NCBI RefSeq assembly: GCF_018350175.1
Contig: NC_058368.1
Span: 102,426,001-102,490,000 of the forward strand
Source: Felis catus
Taxonomy: Eukaryota
Length of the DNA stretch: 64,000 bases
Reading direction: 5' to 3'
Of the stretch, positions 1-13,249 are shown one piece after another. A program made the position numbers and the translations under genes. Position 1 is the first letter of the stretch. Each line of letters starts with the position of its first letter. A model generated the notes under the pieces. That model searched no databases and had not been told where the DNA came from. It worked only from the letters and a program-made list of their open reading frames with translations.

Positions 1-177
1 AGTTTTTAAAGGGGAATTGAATTAGAAATGCAATCGCGAGCCCAGTTCAGCTTCTAAAAGAAACAAGAAAAAGAAACCGGGTCAGGTTTTCGTGTTTCTT
101 CTGCAAAAAGCCTCAAGTTCAGCAAATGTAAGTGCATGGCTCCCACTGCTCTGTATACATTTATAACAACAACAGTA

Positions 178-392
178 GGGGCGCCTGGGTGGCTCCGTCG
201 GTTGAGCGTCCGACTTCGGCTCGGGTCATGATCTCACGGTTCGTGAGTTCGAGCCCCATGTCGGGCTCTGTGCTGACAGCTCAGAGCCTGGAGGCCGCTT
301 CGGATTCTGTGTCTCCCTCTTTCTCTCTCCTCCCCCCCTCATGCTCTGTCTCTCTCTTCTCAAAAATAAATAAACATTAAAAAAAAAAAAAA
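178..392 (+). mobile_element. CAN-SINE (tRNA-derived SINEC)
   Basis: ggggcgcctgggtggctc head, B box, (CT)n, AATAAA and A tail. Confidence 0.92.
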
Positions 393-784
393 CGGTAATG
401 CTTGAGCAGGATGCTGTCCTCAGGAAAGCTGTTTAAACGGGAGCAAGGTTGCTTCACCACCGACTCAAACCCTCTTGAAAGCCCGTGAGTAGAAAGCTCT
501 GTCACAACACGGTGTGCATTCTTTTCCTTGAGGAGGCTTCGAGGTCATTTCCTAATATTTGAGACTAGAAACGTGAAGGGGGGGGAGGGGACCTTCACGG
601 CGGAATGAGCGAGAATTTTGACAAGGCCGATGTTCAGGATGTGTTTCAGCCTCACGACTCGCGATTTCATTTGCAAGATATCCAAAACTCACTCTGAAAC
701 GGGAGGAAGATAAAACTTACGCGAAATGCTGATACGCTTCCTACTCCGACAAAAATGGGGGTAACCCAAACCCTACGAGGGCCG

Positions 785-1005
785 TGCTTGAGTGTAGTTC
801 AAGTGCAAGCTGGGAGATCTGGGGTTCACATTCTGGTTCGGTGGCATAACTGCATGATCTCGCAGGAGTTGATAACCCTCTTGGAGCCTTGGTTGTGTTT
901 TGTTTTGGTTTTGGCTTTTTTACCTGTCACGTGGGGATAAAAATAGCTTAGAGAGTACTTGTGAAGATTAAAAGAGATTTGCAATAGTAAGTGCTTAATA
1001 AATTT
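785..1005 (+). mobile_element. MIR fragment
   Basis: gatctggggttca...aaccctcttggagcct...acctgtcacgtggggataa...gtgaagattaaa. Confidence 0.55.
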
Positions 1006-1009
1006 AGCA

Positions 1010-1215
1010 ATTTTTTTTTAATGTTTATTTACTTTGAGAGATAGAAACCGAGTGGGGGGAGGGGAGAGAAAGAGAGGGAGAGAGAGAATCCCAAGAAGGT
1101 TCCACACCATCAGCCCAGAGCCCGATGCGGCACTTGATCTCAGGAAATATGAGATCGTGACTTGAGCCGGAATCAAAAGTCGGATGCTGAACCCACTGAG
1201 CCACCCAAGCGCCCC
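1010..1215 (-). mobile_element. CAN-SINE
   Basis: Reverse SINE; TSD aataaa(t/g)ttagcaatt. Confidence 0.9.
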
Positions 1216-2324
1216 AATAAAGTTAGCAATTGTTAAGTGAAGCGTCCGCTAACACCTACCATTATGGGATAATGTTCTGACTGGCATATAATTCAAGTTA
1301 ATAGACCTTCCATATAACATGAGCATGTCCAGCTTCACAAAATTTCTAAATAATTTAACTCAGAAATTATAAACCTGTGTAAGAAATACCATGCTCTGAG
1401 TGTCGACCCCATGTTCAACTCCTTATGGAGAAAGTGGCCGGAATTTGCAACAGTTGTCAGAGCCATCCCAGCACAGCTGGCTGGGCCACGTTCCCTGGAC
1501 GCGGGTGGGACCCCGTCTCTAAGCTCTGGCATGGGGTCATCTTGCAGACTATGGTCTGACCCATAGACGGCTGGAGGAAACTAGTAGGTTGGGATCAGCC
1601 GACCCTATGGTGTCTTCCCCTTGAACGACAAAGTCAGCGTCCATGAGAACAGTGGTATCAAAGACCAATAGAAGCCGACTAAAGTTATTTGACCGTGATG
1701 GAAAAATCCTGAACTTGGGGAGCAACAGAGGCCTTTGCGGAGAACACGAGAAGACGAAGCCAACAGAGTTGAAAATTCTGGCTCTCCACCAGCCCTGGCC
1801 AGGTGTAAAGGACATTTTTTAAATCATCCTTTATTTCTTCATGAATCCTTACAACATCCTAATGGAGGCATCTGGAATATATATTGGCTGCCTTGAGACT
1901 CGAGTCTTCAGTGTGTCATTTTATCTCTGATGAGTCAGGAGGCACCGAAAGATGTCAAAACACTTGAGGGTCACAATTACTCACATTAGTTCCCGTAGGA
2001 GCACAGATGTCTAGTTACTTCCTCTTGGGATTTTGCGTCTATATTCTGAGAGCTGCTATTACATGGTGGGTGACGCTAATTAGAGTCTAGTAGGTTCAGC
2101 CTACATGGCTTCATTAAACAAATATTAATGCTAAATGTAATGCTAGAGGTCTAAACATAAAACATGGCTAAACTTTGCAAGCAACCTACAAATGAGTAAG
2201 AAGTTTTCCTGTCCTCAAAAATATTAGAACCTCATGGGATTCGACAAGTTCACAAATATTATGAGATAGAATAGGATTCGTGCTTTAGGAGAGCAACACT
2301 TTTACGATGGTCCAGGGAACGACG

Positions 2325-2410
2325 TAAGGTGATGGATGCTTTGCTTCACTTGATGGTGGTAATCATTTCACCATGTACGTGAATACCAAATCATCACATC
2401 GCACACCTTA
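2325..2410 (+). mobile_element. L1MA/MB-like 3' end fragment
   Basis: cttgatggtggtaatcatttcaccatgtac...aaatcatcacat..cacacctt. Confidence 0.6.
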
Positions 2411-2571
2411 TTTTTTTTATTTTTAATTTTTTTTAATTAAAAAATTTTTTTTGTAAGTAGGCTTCATGCCCAGTGTGGAGCCCAGAGTGGGACTTGAACT
2501 CAGACCCTGAAATCATGACCTGGGCCGAGATCAAGACTCAGACACTTAACGACTGAGCCACCCAGGCGCCC
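2411..2571 (-). mobile_element. CAN-SINE (older short type)
   Basis: gactgagccacccaggcgccc end and T-rich tail. Confidence 0.85.
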
Positions 2572-3481
2572 GTAAAATAAATTTTTAAAAGCAACAACAG
2601 CAATGTAAGTTTGACATTGGTCGAGTTGGAAGAAACGAAAGGCACTTAGGAGGGGAAGCAGTCCAGGATTCAGGGAACACTGAGGGAAAGCAAGACGCCC
2701 AACACCTTGAAATCCAAGTATAATTCTGATGGGAAGACGAAGCCATGATGGGAACGGGGCAGAGTGTGAACAAGGGTGGTGAAGGCTTGCTTGGGGAACA
2801 GCATGTATCGCAGAGCGACTGGTGTGGAGAGAACTTGTAGTAAGATGTAAAGACAAAGGGAAACTTGGGGCCAGGGAATGAAGGCATTGAAACGTCAGGA
2901 TAAAGCGCTCAGAATTTATTTGGTAAGTAATGCTGTCTAGAGAGGTTTTAGAGCAGGGAGTGATATAATCAGCTGACCCGGAGTCTGACACAAGCTTCCA
3001 CACTTGAATAACTTCTCCATAAAAATATGACTTTATCAAAATATCTTTATGAATAAAAGAGCGCATACCTATAAGATGCGAATAAGCAATGGAAACACGA
3101 TAGAGACTAAGAATTTAAATAGTATAACATCCAAGCATAATGGATGCTTGCCTTATCAAAGAGAGATGTCCATTTTCTCGCCTAATCATCACTCCAAGCT
3201 GACTCCTGCAACCAATATTCTGTTTTTCGCAGAGCGTTCAACAGGCTGGGACTATCTCTCGGGCTCTCTCCCGAGGCTGCAACACGAGGCAGACATAAAG
3301 AACGTGAGCTAGCCCGCAGAAATGGAAATTTTCATCCATACCTGCTGCAGGAGAAATTGGCACAGCCCTCTTGACGAGCAATGTAGCACGTGTATTAAGA
3401 GCTATGGGACGTTCATATCCACTGACCCAGTCTACCCACTCCTGGGTCTCTAGTCTTAGAACGTTTTTAAAAATAAAGAGA

Positions 3482-3715
3482 GGGGCGCCTGGGTGGCGCA
3501 GTCGGTTAAGCGTCCGACTTCAGCCAGGTCACGATCTCGCGGTCCGGGCGTTCGAGCCCCGCGTCAGGCTCTGGGCTGATGGCTCAGAGCCTGGAGCCTG
3601 TTTCCGATTCTGTGTCTCCCTCTCTCTCTGCCCCTCCCCCGTTCATGCTCTGTCTCTCTCTGTCCCAAAAAATAAATAAACGTTGAAAAAAAAATTAAAA
3701 AAAAAAAAAAATAAA
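3482..3715 (+). mobile_element. Young SINEC_Fc
   Basis: CpG-intact felid SINE, long A tail, TSD aaataaagaga. Confidence 0.93.
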
Positions 3716-3864
3716 TAAATAAAGAGAAAGTGGTGTGGATTAATACGGTTATCAGTGGGTTTGTTATACTTGTGAAAGAAAATAAAGAGAAACTTCGTTT
3801 TTTTAATGAGTAGGAGGAATTCTTAAAATGAACGAAAGACCCTACACTTCACAGACTATTAGAC

Positions 3865-4132
3865 AGATATTTTATTTATTTATTTTGTTTTATTCTATTT
3901 TATATTTTATTTTATTTTATTTTATTTTATTTTATTTTATTTTATTATTTCATTTTATTTTATTTTATATTTTAGTGTGTCTGCAAGTGGTGGAGGGAGA
4001 AAGAGAGAACCCTTAAGCAGACTCCACGCTCCGCACAGGGCCCAACGTGGGGCTCAATCCCACGATCCTGGGATCATGATCTGAGCTGAAATCGAGAGTC
4101 GACGCCAACTAACTGAGCTACCCAGGTGCTCC
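3865..4132 (-). mobile_element. CAN-SINE with tail expanded into (TTTTA)n
   Basis: SINE body 3975-4132 plus pentamer array 3865-3972. Confidence 0.85.
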
Positions 4133-4350
4133 TATACAGCTATTTTAAATCATAGTTACAAAGACTGTGTAGGCATGTGCAACAATGTTTCTGAGTTAAC
4201 TGTAAAAAGAAAATCAGACCCAAAACATACACCAGGAGGAAAATTATGTAAAACAAAAAAAAAAACTTCCTATAAAACAGACTGCACAATAGATTGTGTA
4301 TACGTATATTATATATATACATATATATATTACACACACACACACACACG

Positions 4351-4447
4351 ACACCAATCGTGTTAGGAAGGATAACACCAATCCTTGTGTTAGGATTGGA
4401 TAACACCAATCATGTTAGGATTGGATAACACCAATCGTGTTAGGAAG
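4351..4447. repeat. Minisatellite, about 4 copies of a 24-28 bp unit
   Basis: ACACCAATC(x)TGTTAGGA(A/TT)GGATA repeated. Confidence 0.9.
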
Positions 4448-5016
4448 TTTATTAAAGGAGATGCATTTTCCTCTGTTTTGTCTTCCAAAATGTTGTGTTG
4501 TTATAATTACCAAAGAGCAAAGGAAGAAAAGGGTTAAGAATAGAGCTCTGAAAGGAAGCTAGCGGTCCCCTTAAGATGGCATATGGAAGAAGAAGTTATT
4601 GGCCTGGAGTGGTTTCTTCCCTGATAGATCCCATGTGGGTTCACAGTGCTAGGGGGTTGGGGGACTCCTAGAAGACTTGAAGCCACCAGAAGCACATGGC
4701 AGAGAATGAGAAATGGGTCCCGTGATGAATGTGTCCTGTTTGGTTCCCGAACAACGGTTCAGTAAGAAGAGAGAAGAGAATGGGCAGAAAGAAGGATGTG
4801 TGACATTTCACTGAGTTGTAGTTCTCATATACAGATGATCAAACCACGCCCTCCACCTTCTGGTCTCAAATGTTTACAGACAGTATGGTTTCTTTCTCCT
4901 TCCTCCCTTGGGAAAGACCCATAGGAGGTTCAGAAATTGAACACTTGAATACAATCACTGATATTGTAATACAAGCTGATATTAGCAACACCCACTTAGA
5001 AACGGAGGTATTTCAT

Positions 5017-5247
5017 TCTTTTTTATGTATTTATTTTTTAACATTTATTCATTTTTGAGAGACAGAGAGAGAGACAGAGTGCGAGTCAGGGAGGAGCAGA
5101 GAGAGAGGGAGACACAGAATCCGAAGCAGGCTCCAGGCTCCGAGCTGTCAGCACAGAGCCCGACATGGGGCTCGAACCCACGAACCGTGAGATCGTGACC
5201 TGAGCTGAAGTCGGACGCTTAACCGACTGAGCCACCCGGGCACCCCA
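5017..5247 (-). mobile_element. CAN-SINE
   Basis: Reverse SINE; TSD atttcattct. Confidence 0.92.
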
Positions 5248-6286
5248 ATTTCATTCTCCCTTTGAGCAAACCAGTAAAAATAAAATGGTTTTGATCACAA
5301 CTGAGACCACAATAAAGACCTTCTTAAATTATGAGTAGAATAGAATGTGTACTTAATTGTTAGCTACAAACAGTGAAAGTACTGTCTCTACATCTCTCAG
5401 AATGACCTAAGAATGAATAATCTATAGAATTATTCATTAATTCTCTAATATGTACAGCAACGAAGAGGAAAACAAAGCACCATCATATAAAATGTAGCAA
5501 ATTAAATTACTGCTTCACGAGGATAGAAATATTACCTAATGATTAACGTGCTGCTTGGATTAAAACAGTTTGAGAAGGAAGGACTGATTCAAAGCCAATT
5601 AGTACCGCTAAATGAAAGTTTTGCTTTGGGGACTTTTATTATTTACGAGATATGTTTATCATTACTGTAAATCAGACAACATTTTAACGAGGTTGCCCCT
5701 GCGCGTGTCGCCCAGAGCAGAAACCAACGTTCTCCTCTGAACCCATTTCTCTGTGGAACCTCTCTCTTCCCACTGGAGGTGGGTCTGCAGACCTGATCCC
5801 GTGTACCGGAGTGATTTTCTGGGCGCACACGCATCTTTCACCCTGCTCCTCCTGACTATGGTGAGGAAGCTACGCAGCAAGAAGGTGGAACCCCGGCGGT
5901 AGGTCATACTTGGTTCCAAGAAGGGGGCAAAGGTTAAGAATGAGTACAATTAAGCAGACAACCATGTGTGGCTTGCTACCCTGCAGAGGCAGATTCCCCC
6001 GGCACAAAGAGAAGAAAGGTCCGTGAATGAGATCATGTCAACTTTCTCTGCTTACATAGTCACTCCAGCCTCCTTTCCTCGGGCCCGGGCTGGCTTTTCC
6101 AGGCCTGGCCTAAGGGCCCTGTAAGAATTCAGAGTCTGCTTTCTGCATGTCAATGAACTCTGAGCCTCTCAGAACCCAAGAGTCCATGAACCTCTGGACA
6201 CGCGCTAAACCAGCACGCTTGACTTTAGAAAGCGAGCACTTCAACAATCTCAAGATGCTATTGGGCTGCCTTTGGGCCTAACGATA

Positions 6287-6714
6287 CTTTTTTTTTTTTT
6301 CCAATTATTTTAATGTTTATTTATTTTTGAGAGAGAGAGACAGAGAGAAAGCGGGGACAGGACAGAAAGAGAGAGTGGGAGACACAGAATCTGAAGCAGG
6401 CCTCAGGCTCCGAGTCGTCAGCACAGAGCCCACCCAACATGGGGCTCAGACTCACGAGATCATGACCTGAGCCAAAGGCAGATGCTTAACCGACTGAGCC
6501 ACCCAGGTACCCTGCACTTTTTTTTTTAATTTTTTAATTTTAGAGGGAGACATTGTGCACAAGCCAGGGAACAGAGAGAAAGAGAGAGAATCGCAAGCAG
6601 GATCCATGCTCCGTGAGGAGCCCAATGCGGGGCTTGATCCCATGACCCTGGGATTATGACCTGAGCCAAAATTAAGAGTTGGATACTCAACCGACTGAGC
6701 CACCCAGGGGCCCC
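6287..6714 (-). mobile_element. Two tandem CAN-SINEs (about 6287-6512 and 6517-6714)
   Basis: Two consecutive reverse SINE bodies, each with a T tail. Confidence 0.9.
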
Positions 6715-7683
6715 GGAGATACATTTTTAAATTGAAAGGGAAGGGATTCTGGTTTCGGGCAGAGCAGGTCCTCACAGAGGACGAGACTCAATAAACTCAC
6801 TTCGCCCATGAACTCTAAGTCAGAAAGAGTTTTCTAAATTATATTTTAATCCATGGATTAGTTCACTCAATTTCTTTTATGATTTTCTTTTCTCACTAAA
6901 TTATTTTTGCTCTCCAGGAGTGATTCTAGCTAGGAAATACGACATCAATTCCCAGAGTAGGCATTAACTCATGGTAGATTGAAAGACTCCAACATCATAA
7001 TATTTTATATACGAACGAGGTTCCTATCATCTAAATCTGAACATTACCCAATTGTTTTATGGGCAGGTCGGCCTCTAAGTTAGTGAACATTAAACAACTG
7101 AGTAATATGTTGCTATGGAAATTCTATATTAAAATCAGATGTGTATAAATGTCTCCTTTTTTTTTTTTTTTTTTTGGTGGTTGCATACGTGAATATTTTT
7201 AAAGTCTCTGTGGGAAAAATTTTTGAAAAGATCTTATATGGAGGTCACACTAGCAGCCACCTCTCCAAGGAAGAAGGTATTGATAGGGTTCAGGGTCATT
7301 ACTGCAACAACACTGCCCCACGTCAAAGTCACATTCCCACGAGGGCAGGTATCTCTACAGATCGCTAGTGGTGTTCCTTAGGATTTCAGAAACAAAGACC
7401 TCACACCAGGCCATTTGACAAGCGAGCAGATGCTCCGTTAACTGACAGTCCAACAGCCAAATTCCAGATCAGCTGATCTCGTCTAGCGGTGATTCTTGGC
7501 CCCCACACACAGGTGGCTCATCTCATCATAGATGAGCTCTGTCCTAGACAAAATATCTGAGCACCTGACTCCCATCGTCCCCAAGGTCTACCAAGAGTAA
7601 GGTGGGTTTGCTTTCTACTCCTGTTTGTACAGTGTCTTCGTTATTGATTAGGCAATTTACTTACTATTTAAAATCAAGCGATC

Positions 7684-7912
7684 GGGTCACCAGGGCGGCT
7701 CAGTTGGTTAAGTATGAGACTTCCGCTCAGGTCAGGATCTGACAGTTCATGAGTTCAAGCCCCGTGTCGGGCTCCGTGCTGACAGCTCAGAGCCTGGAGC
7801 CGGCTTCGGATTCTGTGTCGCCCTCTCTCTGCCCCTCCCCTGCTCATGCTCTGTTTCTCTCTCTCTCTCTCAGAAATAAACATTAAAAAAAATTTTTTAA
7901 TAAAAAAAATAA
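7684..7912 (+). mobile_element. CAN-SINE
   Basis: SINE head, (CT)n, A tail. Confidence 0.9.
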
Positions 7913-8277
7913 AATACACTGACTAAATAAAAATGACAGAAGAAAGATTTGTACTTTCTCTGAAATAGGGTTGTTGTTTTTTTAATGTCATCAAATTAGG
8001 AGTGAGTGAGAAAATTGTGAATGATTGGTGGGACAATGTAAAAATTTAGAAGGATTTTCTTTCCAGATTACTTCAAAAATTTAAGTTCCTGTTCCACTTA
8101 GGAGGGGGGAAAAAAAAAACCAAACCAAAGAAACCATGAAGTTGAGACGCTCATGCAAAAAAGATAATGCAGAACATGAATCAGGGGCCAGAAAGTGTTA
8201 GATTAATGCAGATTTATAGGCTTTAAGTTAAAAGAAAATGTTTAAGGTATGTGTCTATCATCACTCACGATTCCCTG

Positions 8278-8400
8278 TTTTTTTTTTCAAGACATGAAAT
8301 TTATTGTCAAATTGGTTTCCATACAACACCCAGTGCTCATTCCAAAAGGTGCCCTCCTCAATACCCATCACCCACCCTCCTCTCCCTCCCACCTCCCTAT
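8278..8400 (-). mobile_element. Very short 5'-truncated felid L1 3' end
   Basis: Matches the L1 3' terminus (aaatttattgtcaaattggtttccatacaacacccagtgctc) with poly(T), flanked by TSD gattccctgtttt. Confidence 0.85.
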
Positions 8401-8494
8401 GATTCCCTGTTTTAACTGACATTCTTTTTATTGACCCAGAAGCTACTGATATATATACTGTAGACACATATATACAGTATACAAGTATATTGTA

Positions 8495-8665
8495 AATTTC
8501 CACTGTAGTATATAGATTTCTACAGTTGTATATTTCTACTGTAATATATAGATGGCTACTGTGGTAGATTTCTACTGTAGTGCATAGATTTCTATTGTAG
8601 TATGTAGATTTCTACTGTAGTAGATTTCTACTGTAGTATATATATTACTACTGTAATATATAGAA
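8495..8665. repeat. Degenerate 16-20 bp AT-rich tandem repeat
   Basis: TAGATTTCTACTGTAG(TATA) repeated about 8 times. Confidence 0.85.
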
Positions 8666-8771
8666 TACTCTGGAGCCAATGAACTAAGAAGGATGAGCCA
8701 GGAAGCTATTTTAGCAAAACCAGGAAAGAATGAGAGTCTGAATTACAGCGATGACAAGAAAGTAAGAGATC

Positions 8772-9000
8772 GGGGCGCCTGGGTGGCGCAGTCAGTTGAG
8801 CGTCCGACTTCAGCCAGGTCATGATCTCGCGGTCCAGGAGTTCGAGCCCCGCGTCAGGCTCTGGGCTGATGGCTCGGAGCCTGGAGCCTGTTTCCGATTC
8901 TGTGTCTCCCTCTCTCTCTGCCCCTCCCCCGTTCATGCTCTGTCTCTGTCCCAAAAATAAATAAACGTTGAAAAAAAAAAATTAAAAAAAAAAAAAAAAA
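8772..9000 (+). mobile_element. Young SINEC_Fc
   Basis: Perfect TSD agaaagtaagagatc (8757-8771 / 9001-9015). Confidence 0.94.
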
Positions 9001-9500
9001 AGAAAGTAAGAGATCCCCACCCAGCGCATCCAGGGACGTGAGCGCTCTCCACATATCAGAGAAATTGCAATGTAAAAGTAACAAATCCCTGAATATTGGG
9101 GGGAACTTAACCCAAGTCCAAGGTTTGAGTGTGGGTGGGAGGGAGCACCCTGGAAACACACAGGGAGTCCAGCAAAAGAAGTTGATCTAGTAGGAGGGAA
9201 GAATTTGGGTTTCTGACTTACTAAGTTTGAGACTGACAATGACCCCCCGGGGGAGTTACCAGCATACCACTAGAAGGCAGTCGGAAATACACAAGAGGGG
9301 TCTCTAAGAGAAATACAGGTTTGCAAGTGGTAATACAGACAAGAGCAGTTTAAGTCCTGAGGCTGGAAGAAACCGGAAGGAAAAATCTATATCTATATTT
9401 GAGGGCAAAGGAGTGAGGAGAGTCACAAAGGCCATAGAAGGGTTCAAAAGCCAAAGATGAGAATCACAAATGAACCAGGTTTCAGAAGCCAAGGGAGGAG

Positions 9501-9735
9501 GGGGGCCCCTGGGTGGCACAGTCGGTTAAGCATCAACTCTTGATCTCAGCTCAGGTCATGATCTCACAGTTCATAAGTTCGAGCCCCACATCGGGCTCTG
9601 GGCTGACCGTGTGGAGCTTGCTTGGGATTCTGTCTCTTTCTCTCTCTCTCTGCCTTCCCCCTGCTCATGCGTTCTCTCCCTCTCTCTCTCAAAATAAAAA
9701 ATAAGTAAATAAACTTAAAAATTAAACAAAAAAAA
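9501..9735 (+). mobile_element. CAN-SINE
   Basis: TSD agaagc(agc)caa(g/a)ggagga. Confidence 0.9.
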
Positions 9736-11512
9736 GAAGCAGCCAAAGGAGGAGACACTTGGGCACGTGGGAGATCGTAAGGGACACACGCTTCAGGGAA
9801 ATGTATCTCCTCTGTCAATTACCAGGCTTCGGTCAGGGCAGCACTCTCAGGAGAAAGGTGAGCAAATACACCAGATTTCAAAATGCAAAGGACCCAGCAC
9901 CTGGGGAGGAAGAAAGAGCAAGAGAAATAAAAACCTCAAGGAGAAGCTTGATGGTGAAGAGGAGAGAGACCGCGTTCCGCCTCCGTGGGGAAGATGGTTG
10001 AGCCACTGAGACTTTTTAGGAGAATGAAATCTTGAACTGATCATATTGATGGGAGAAGGGAAGGCAGCATTACAGAAGACAGAGTTGCAGGGTAAAGACA
10101 AGAGGAAAACTCAAAGTGTTGACCTCCACCAGCCTCCATTTTCTTACTCACGTCCTCCACAGAGTGGCCAAATCAATGTTCAGTGGCTAAGAGGCTCTAA
10201 TGTAACTATCAAGCTTAGGACTGGGGACTGGAGTTGACGGAGTTGACAATTTCTGAAATTTCTCCTCAGGTCCTCCAGTCATGGCTAGGCAGAGAAGATA
10301 CCTAAAGTCTCGCGTCGGGGTATCACCAGAGGTAACAACACAGTCTCTCTGAGAATCCACTTTCCCGGATAATCTGTCTGTCTAAAACTCATAGCATCGT
10401 CTTGAAGTCTTCCACACACAGATTTTCTATAGCTGGGGTTGCTATTTCTAAATGAGGCCCCATCACACTACTCGGGTATTTGATACTCAACAAGCAAAGC
10501 CTCACGTTGATAGGGATGACAATTCCCAGCTCCCCCTGTCCAAGAGGTTCATCCGACAGGCCCCCCCTTACCTGTCGGCGGCCACTTAAAAAGTTGCCAG
10601 ATTTAAACATGAAGAGATAACTCCAACAGCTGAGGCATTCAGAAGTTAATGTGATGGGTATCTGCCTTTTCTGGGTTATTTCAATCTTCGGTGAAAGCAT
10701 TCCAATTGCGTTGAGTAATGGTGTAAGTTACAAGGGACATTCTCTGTTTCCAGGGCACATGAACACTAGTCTTCACGGATCTTACTAACAGACAGAAGGT
10801 AACTACATCATGTGATTCCAAGAGGGTTCTCTCCACCCCTCTGTCCCAATATATTCCTGCCATGATGTTGTCCAAACCCCATTCAGCCGTATTTCCTCTC
10901 TGCTGCTGAGGCCACTTGAGTTTTACAACCTTTAGGACGAAAATAACCCTGAGACAGGAGAGAGTTAACACTTTATAAGTTGGTTATATCAAACCCATCA
11001 GTCTGTCCAGGGCAATGAAGGACCAAAAGGGCAAGGGCAGCAAATGGTCCAGACTCTGGATAGTTCCAAGGAGAACAGGCGTGGGCAGAAAGCACCCCTG
11101 GAACTCCCCTGCACGGCCAGCCTGGCCCCCTGGAGCAGGTACAGAAATAATTACGCAGCACAAGTCAGGCAATGGTTCCATAACTTTCCATGGGACCCAA
11201 AGGCTTGTAGACAGGCCCTTTCTAGAACAAACATATTTAAGAAGGTCACCTGGGTGGTACCAACAAATGAAATTCCAGTCCAGTGGCCTCCCCTCCTCCC
11301 CACCCAACCCCCAGCGCCATTCTCTCTGTTGGTTCACGGGGGGATCGGAGCACTAGGTGAACAGTGAGTCCTGATGATACTTAAAATTAAAATCTCTTCT
11401 AACATCGAGATTCCGTGATTCTGTAAAATATCGCTCAAAGTGTGTGGGCCAAAACTCAGGATTTTAAAAGTGTTTGTTCAGACAAAGACGCTCTTGCAAT
11501 CCAGATCTGGGC

Positions 11513-11718
11513 TTTTTTAATTCTTTTTTTTTTATGTTTTATTTATTTTTGAGAGAGAGAGACAGGGTGTGAACAGGCGAGAGGCAGACACAGCATCGAA
11601 GCAGGCTCCAGGCTCCGAGCTGTCAGCACAGAGCCTGACGCGGGGCTCGAACCCACGAACCGGGAGATCACGACCTGAGCCCGAGTCGGCCGCTTAACCA
11701 CCTGAGCCCCCCAGGCGA
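11513..11718 (-). mobile_element. CAN-SINE
   Basis: TSD agat(c/t)tgggcttttttaa. Confidence 0.9.
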
Positions 11719-12194
11719 AGATTTGGGCTTTTTTAATAATGAAATTATTCCGGCTCCATTTTCTATTTGTTTCTTGACTGATTTTGAGTACAGAGAAGGC
11801 AGCGTTTACAAACTCTACCTCAGTTTATAAACTCTATCTCGTGCACCTGTTATTTAGAGATGGGAAGACAGCGGGACGGGGAGAACGATGTTGACAGCAA
11901 CTGTTACATGCTTGGCACTTCATTATCTTATTTCTCTTTTCTACCTGTTTTGCTCTGCTGTCCTCACTTCATAGATGACAGAATTGATACCCACTGAAAG
12001 TAAACAACTGGCCCAGGGACATAAAACCAAAGGGCACAGATTCAAGGTCTAACCAGCTTCCGGTACCAAATCTCATGCTTCTTTCTCCCATGCATGGTGG
12101 CCTCATACCTTGATGGGTTCTATCAAATCCCTCCATGTCCGGTGATGAAAGTCACCCGAGTTTGAAATGTAGCTATAACCTAAGGACATTCTTC

Positions 12195-12376
12195 TTTTGT
12201 TTGTTTTTAATGTTTCTTTCTGAGGGAGGGAGAGAGGGAGGAGGGGAAGGGGCAGAGCGAGAGGGGGACGGAGGTGACAGCAGAGAGCCCCGATGCGGGG
12301 CGCGAACTCAGGAACCATGAGACAGTGACCCGAGCCAAAGTCTGATGCTTAACCGACTGAGCCACCCAGGCGCCCC
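12195..12376 (-). mobile_element. CAN-SINE
   Basis: TSD aacctaaggacattctt. Confidence 0.9.
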
Positions 12377-12901
12377 AACCTAAGGACATTCTTGATCCAA
12401 GTATAGCCCTTCCTAAATAATCTCTTATCAAATAAGGAAATTTGCGTGCCCATTCTATCACAGAAAGAATTTAAATTGATTGAATTGTGGTAAATCACGA
12501 AAGCATTTTAAGTACCCGTTGTTGAAATACAGTACTGTGTGTTTTATAATATATGTTAAAATAAAGATTCAAAGGCAAAAATACAATGGGGTCCTTTGCA
12601 AAAGAATCTAATACTCTACAATACACCCAATATGACTAATCTTGCATATCCAAATAGGATGCTTAAAAAAAATGATAACTCTAGAATAGCTTAAATTCCT
12701 TCTCATGTCACGGCTGTAGATCTTATTTTCCTCCGGTGTTTAATTTAAATGTTTACTAAAGTCATAAATAGATTCCCTTGAAATATGGTGACAGACTTGT
12801 TAGCAATTATATGAGAATATATATATTCTTAAATCATAATTCTCTGACACAGAGCGAACTAAGTAGGTCATGCATTTCCTTAAAAATTAGACTGGGGCGG
12901 G

Positions 12902-13249
12902 GGGAAGCACCTGGGTGGCTCAGTCAGTTGAGCATCCGACTTTGGCTCAGCTCATGATCTCACGCTGTCTCTTACAAAATGAATAAACGTTAAAAAAAAT
13001 TTTTTTTAATTAGACTGAGAGAGGGGCACTTGGATGGCTCAGTCAGGTGAGCATCCGACTCTTAGTTTAGGCTCAGGTCGTGATCTCACAGTTAGTGAGT
13101 TCTAGCCCCGCATCAGGCTCTGCACTGACAGCAGGCAGGGTGTTTGGGATTCTGTCTCTCCCTCTCTCTGCCCCTCCCCCATTTGTGCGCGCGCGCTCTC
13201 TCTCTCTCTCTCTCTCTCAAAATAAAGAAATAAACTTAAAAAAATTTTA
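12902..13249 (+). mobile_element. Internally deleted SINE (about 12902-13008) followed by a full SINE (about 13023-13249)
   Basis: Two SINE heads; flank aattagactg occurs three times. Confidence 0.88.

Noticed and set aside
132..380. Recurrent short ORFs of the type MAQSVERPTSAQVMIS... throughout the window
   Set aside because: Translations of CAN-SINEs.
2500..3066. 188-aa ORF
   Set aside because: Overlaps L2-like and SINE sequence; no domain features or supporting splice structure.
3482..3570. tRNA-like A/B boxes
   Set aside because: Heads of tRNA-derived SINEs, not tRNA genes.
4351..4447. Palindromic direct repeats suggestive of a CRISPR array
   Set aside because: No spacers between units; an ordinary minisatellite.
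8608..8625. ATTTCTACTGTAGTAGAT resembles the Cas12a crRNA repeat (ATTTCTACTGTTGTAGAT) and sits in a tandem array
   Set aside because: Units are contiguous and degenerate with no unique spacers, there are no cas genes, and the flanks are continuous mammalian L1/SINE DNA. A coincidental AT-rich minisatellite.
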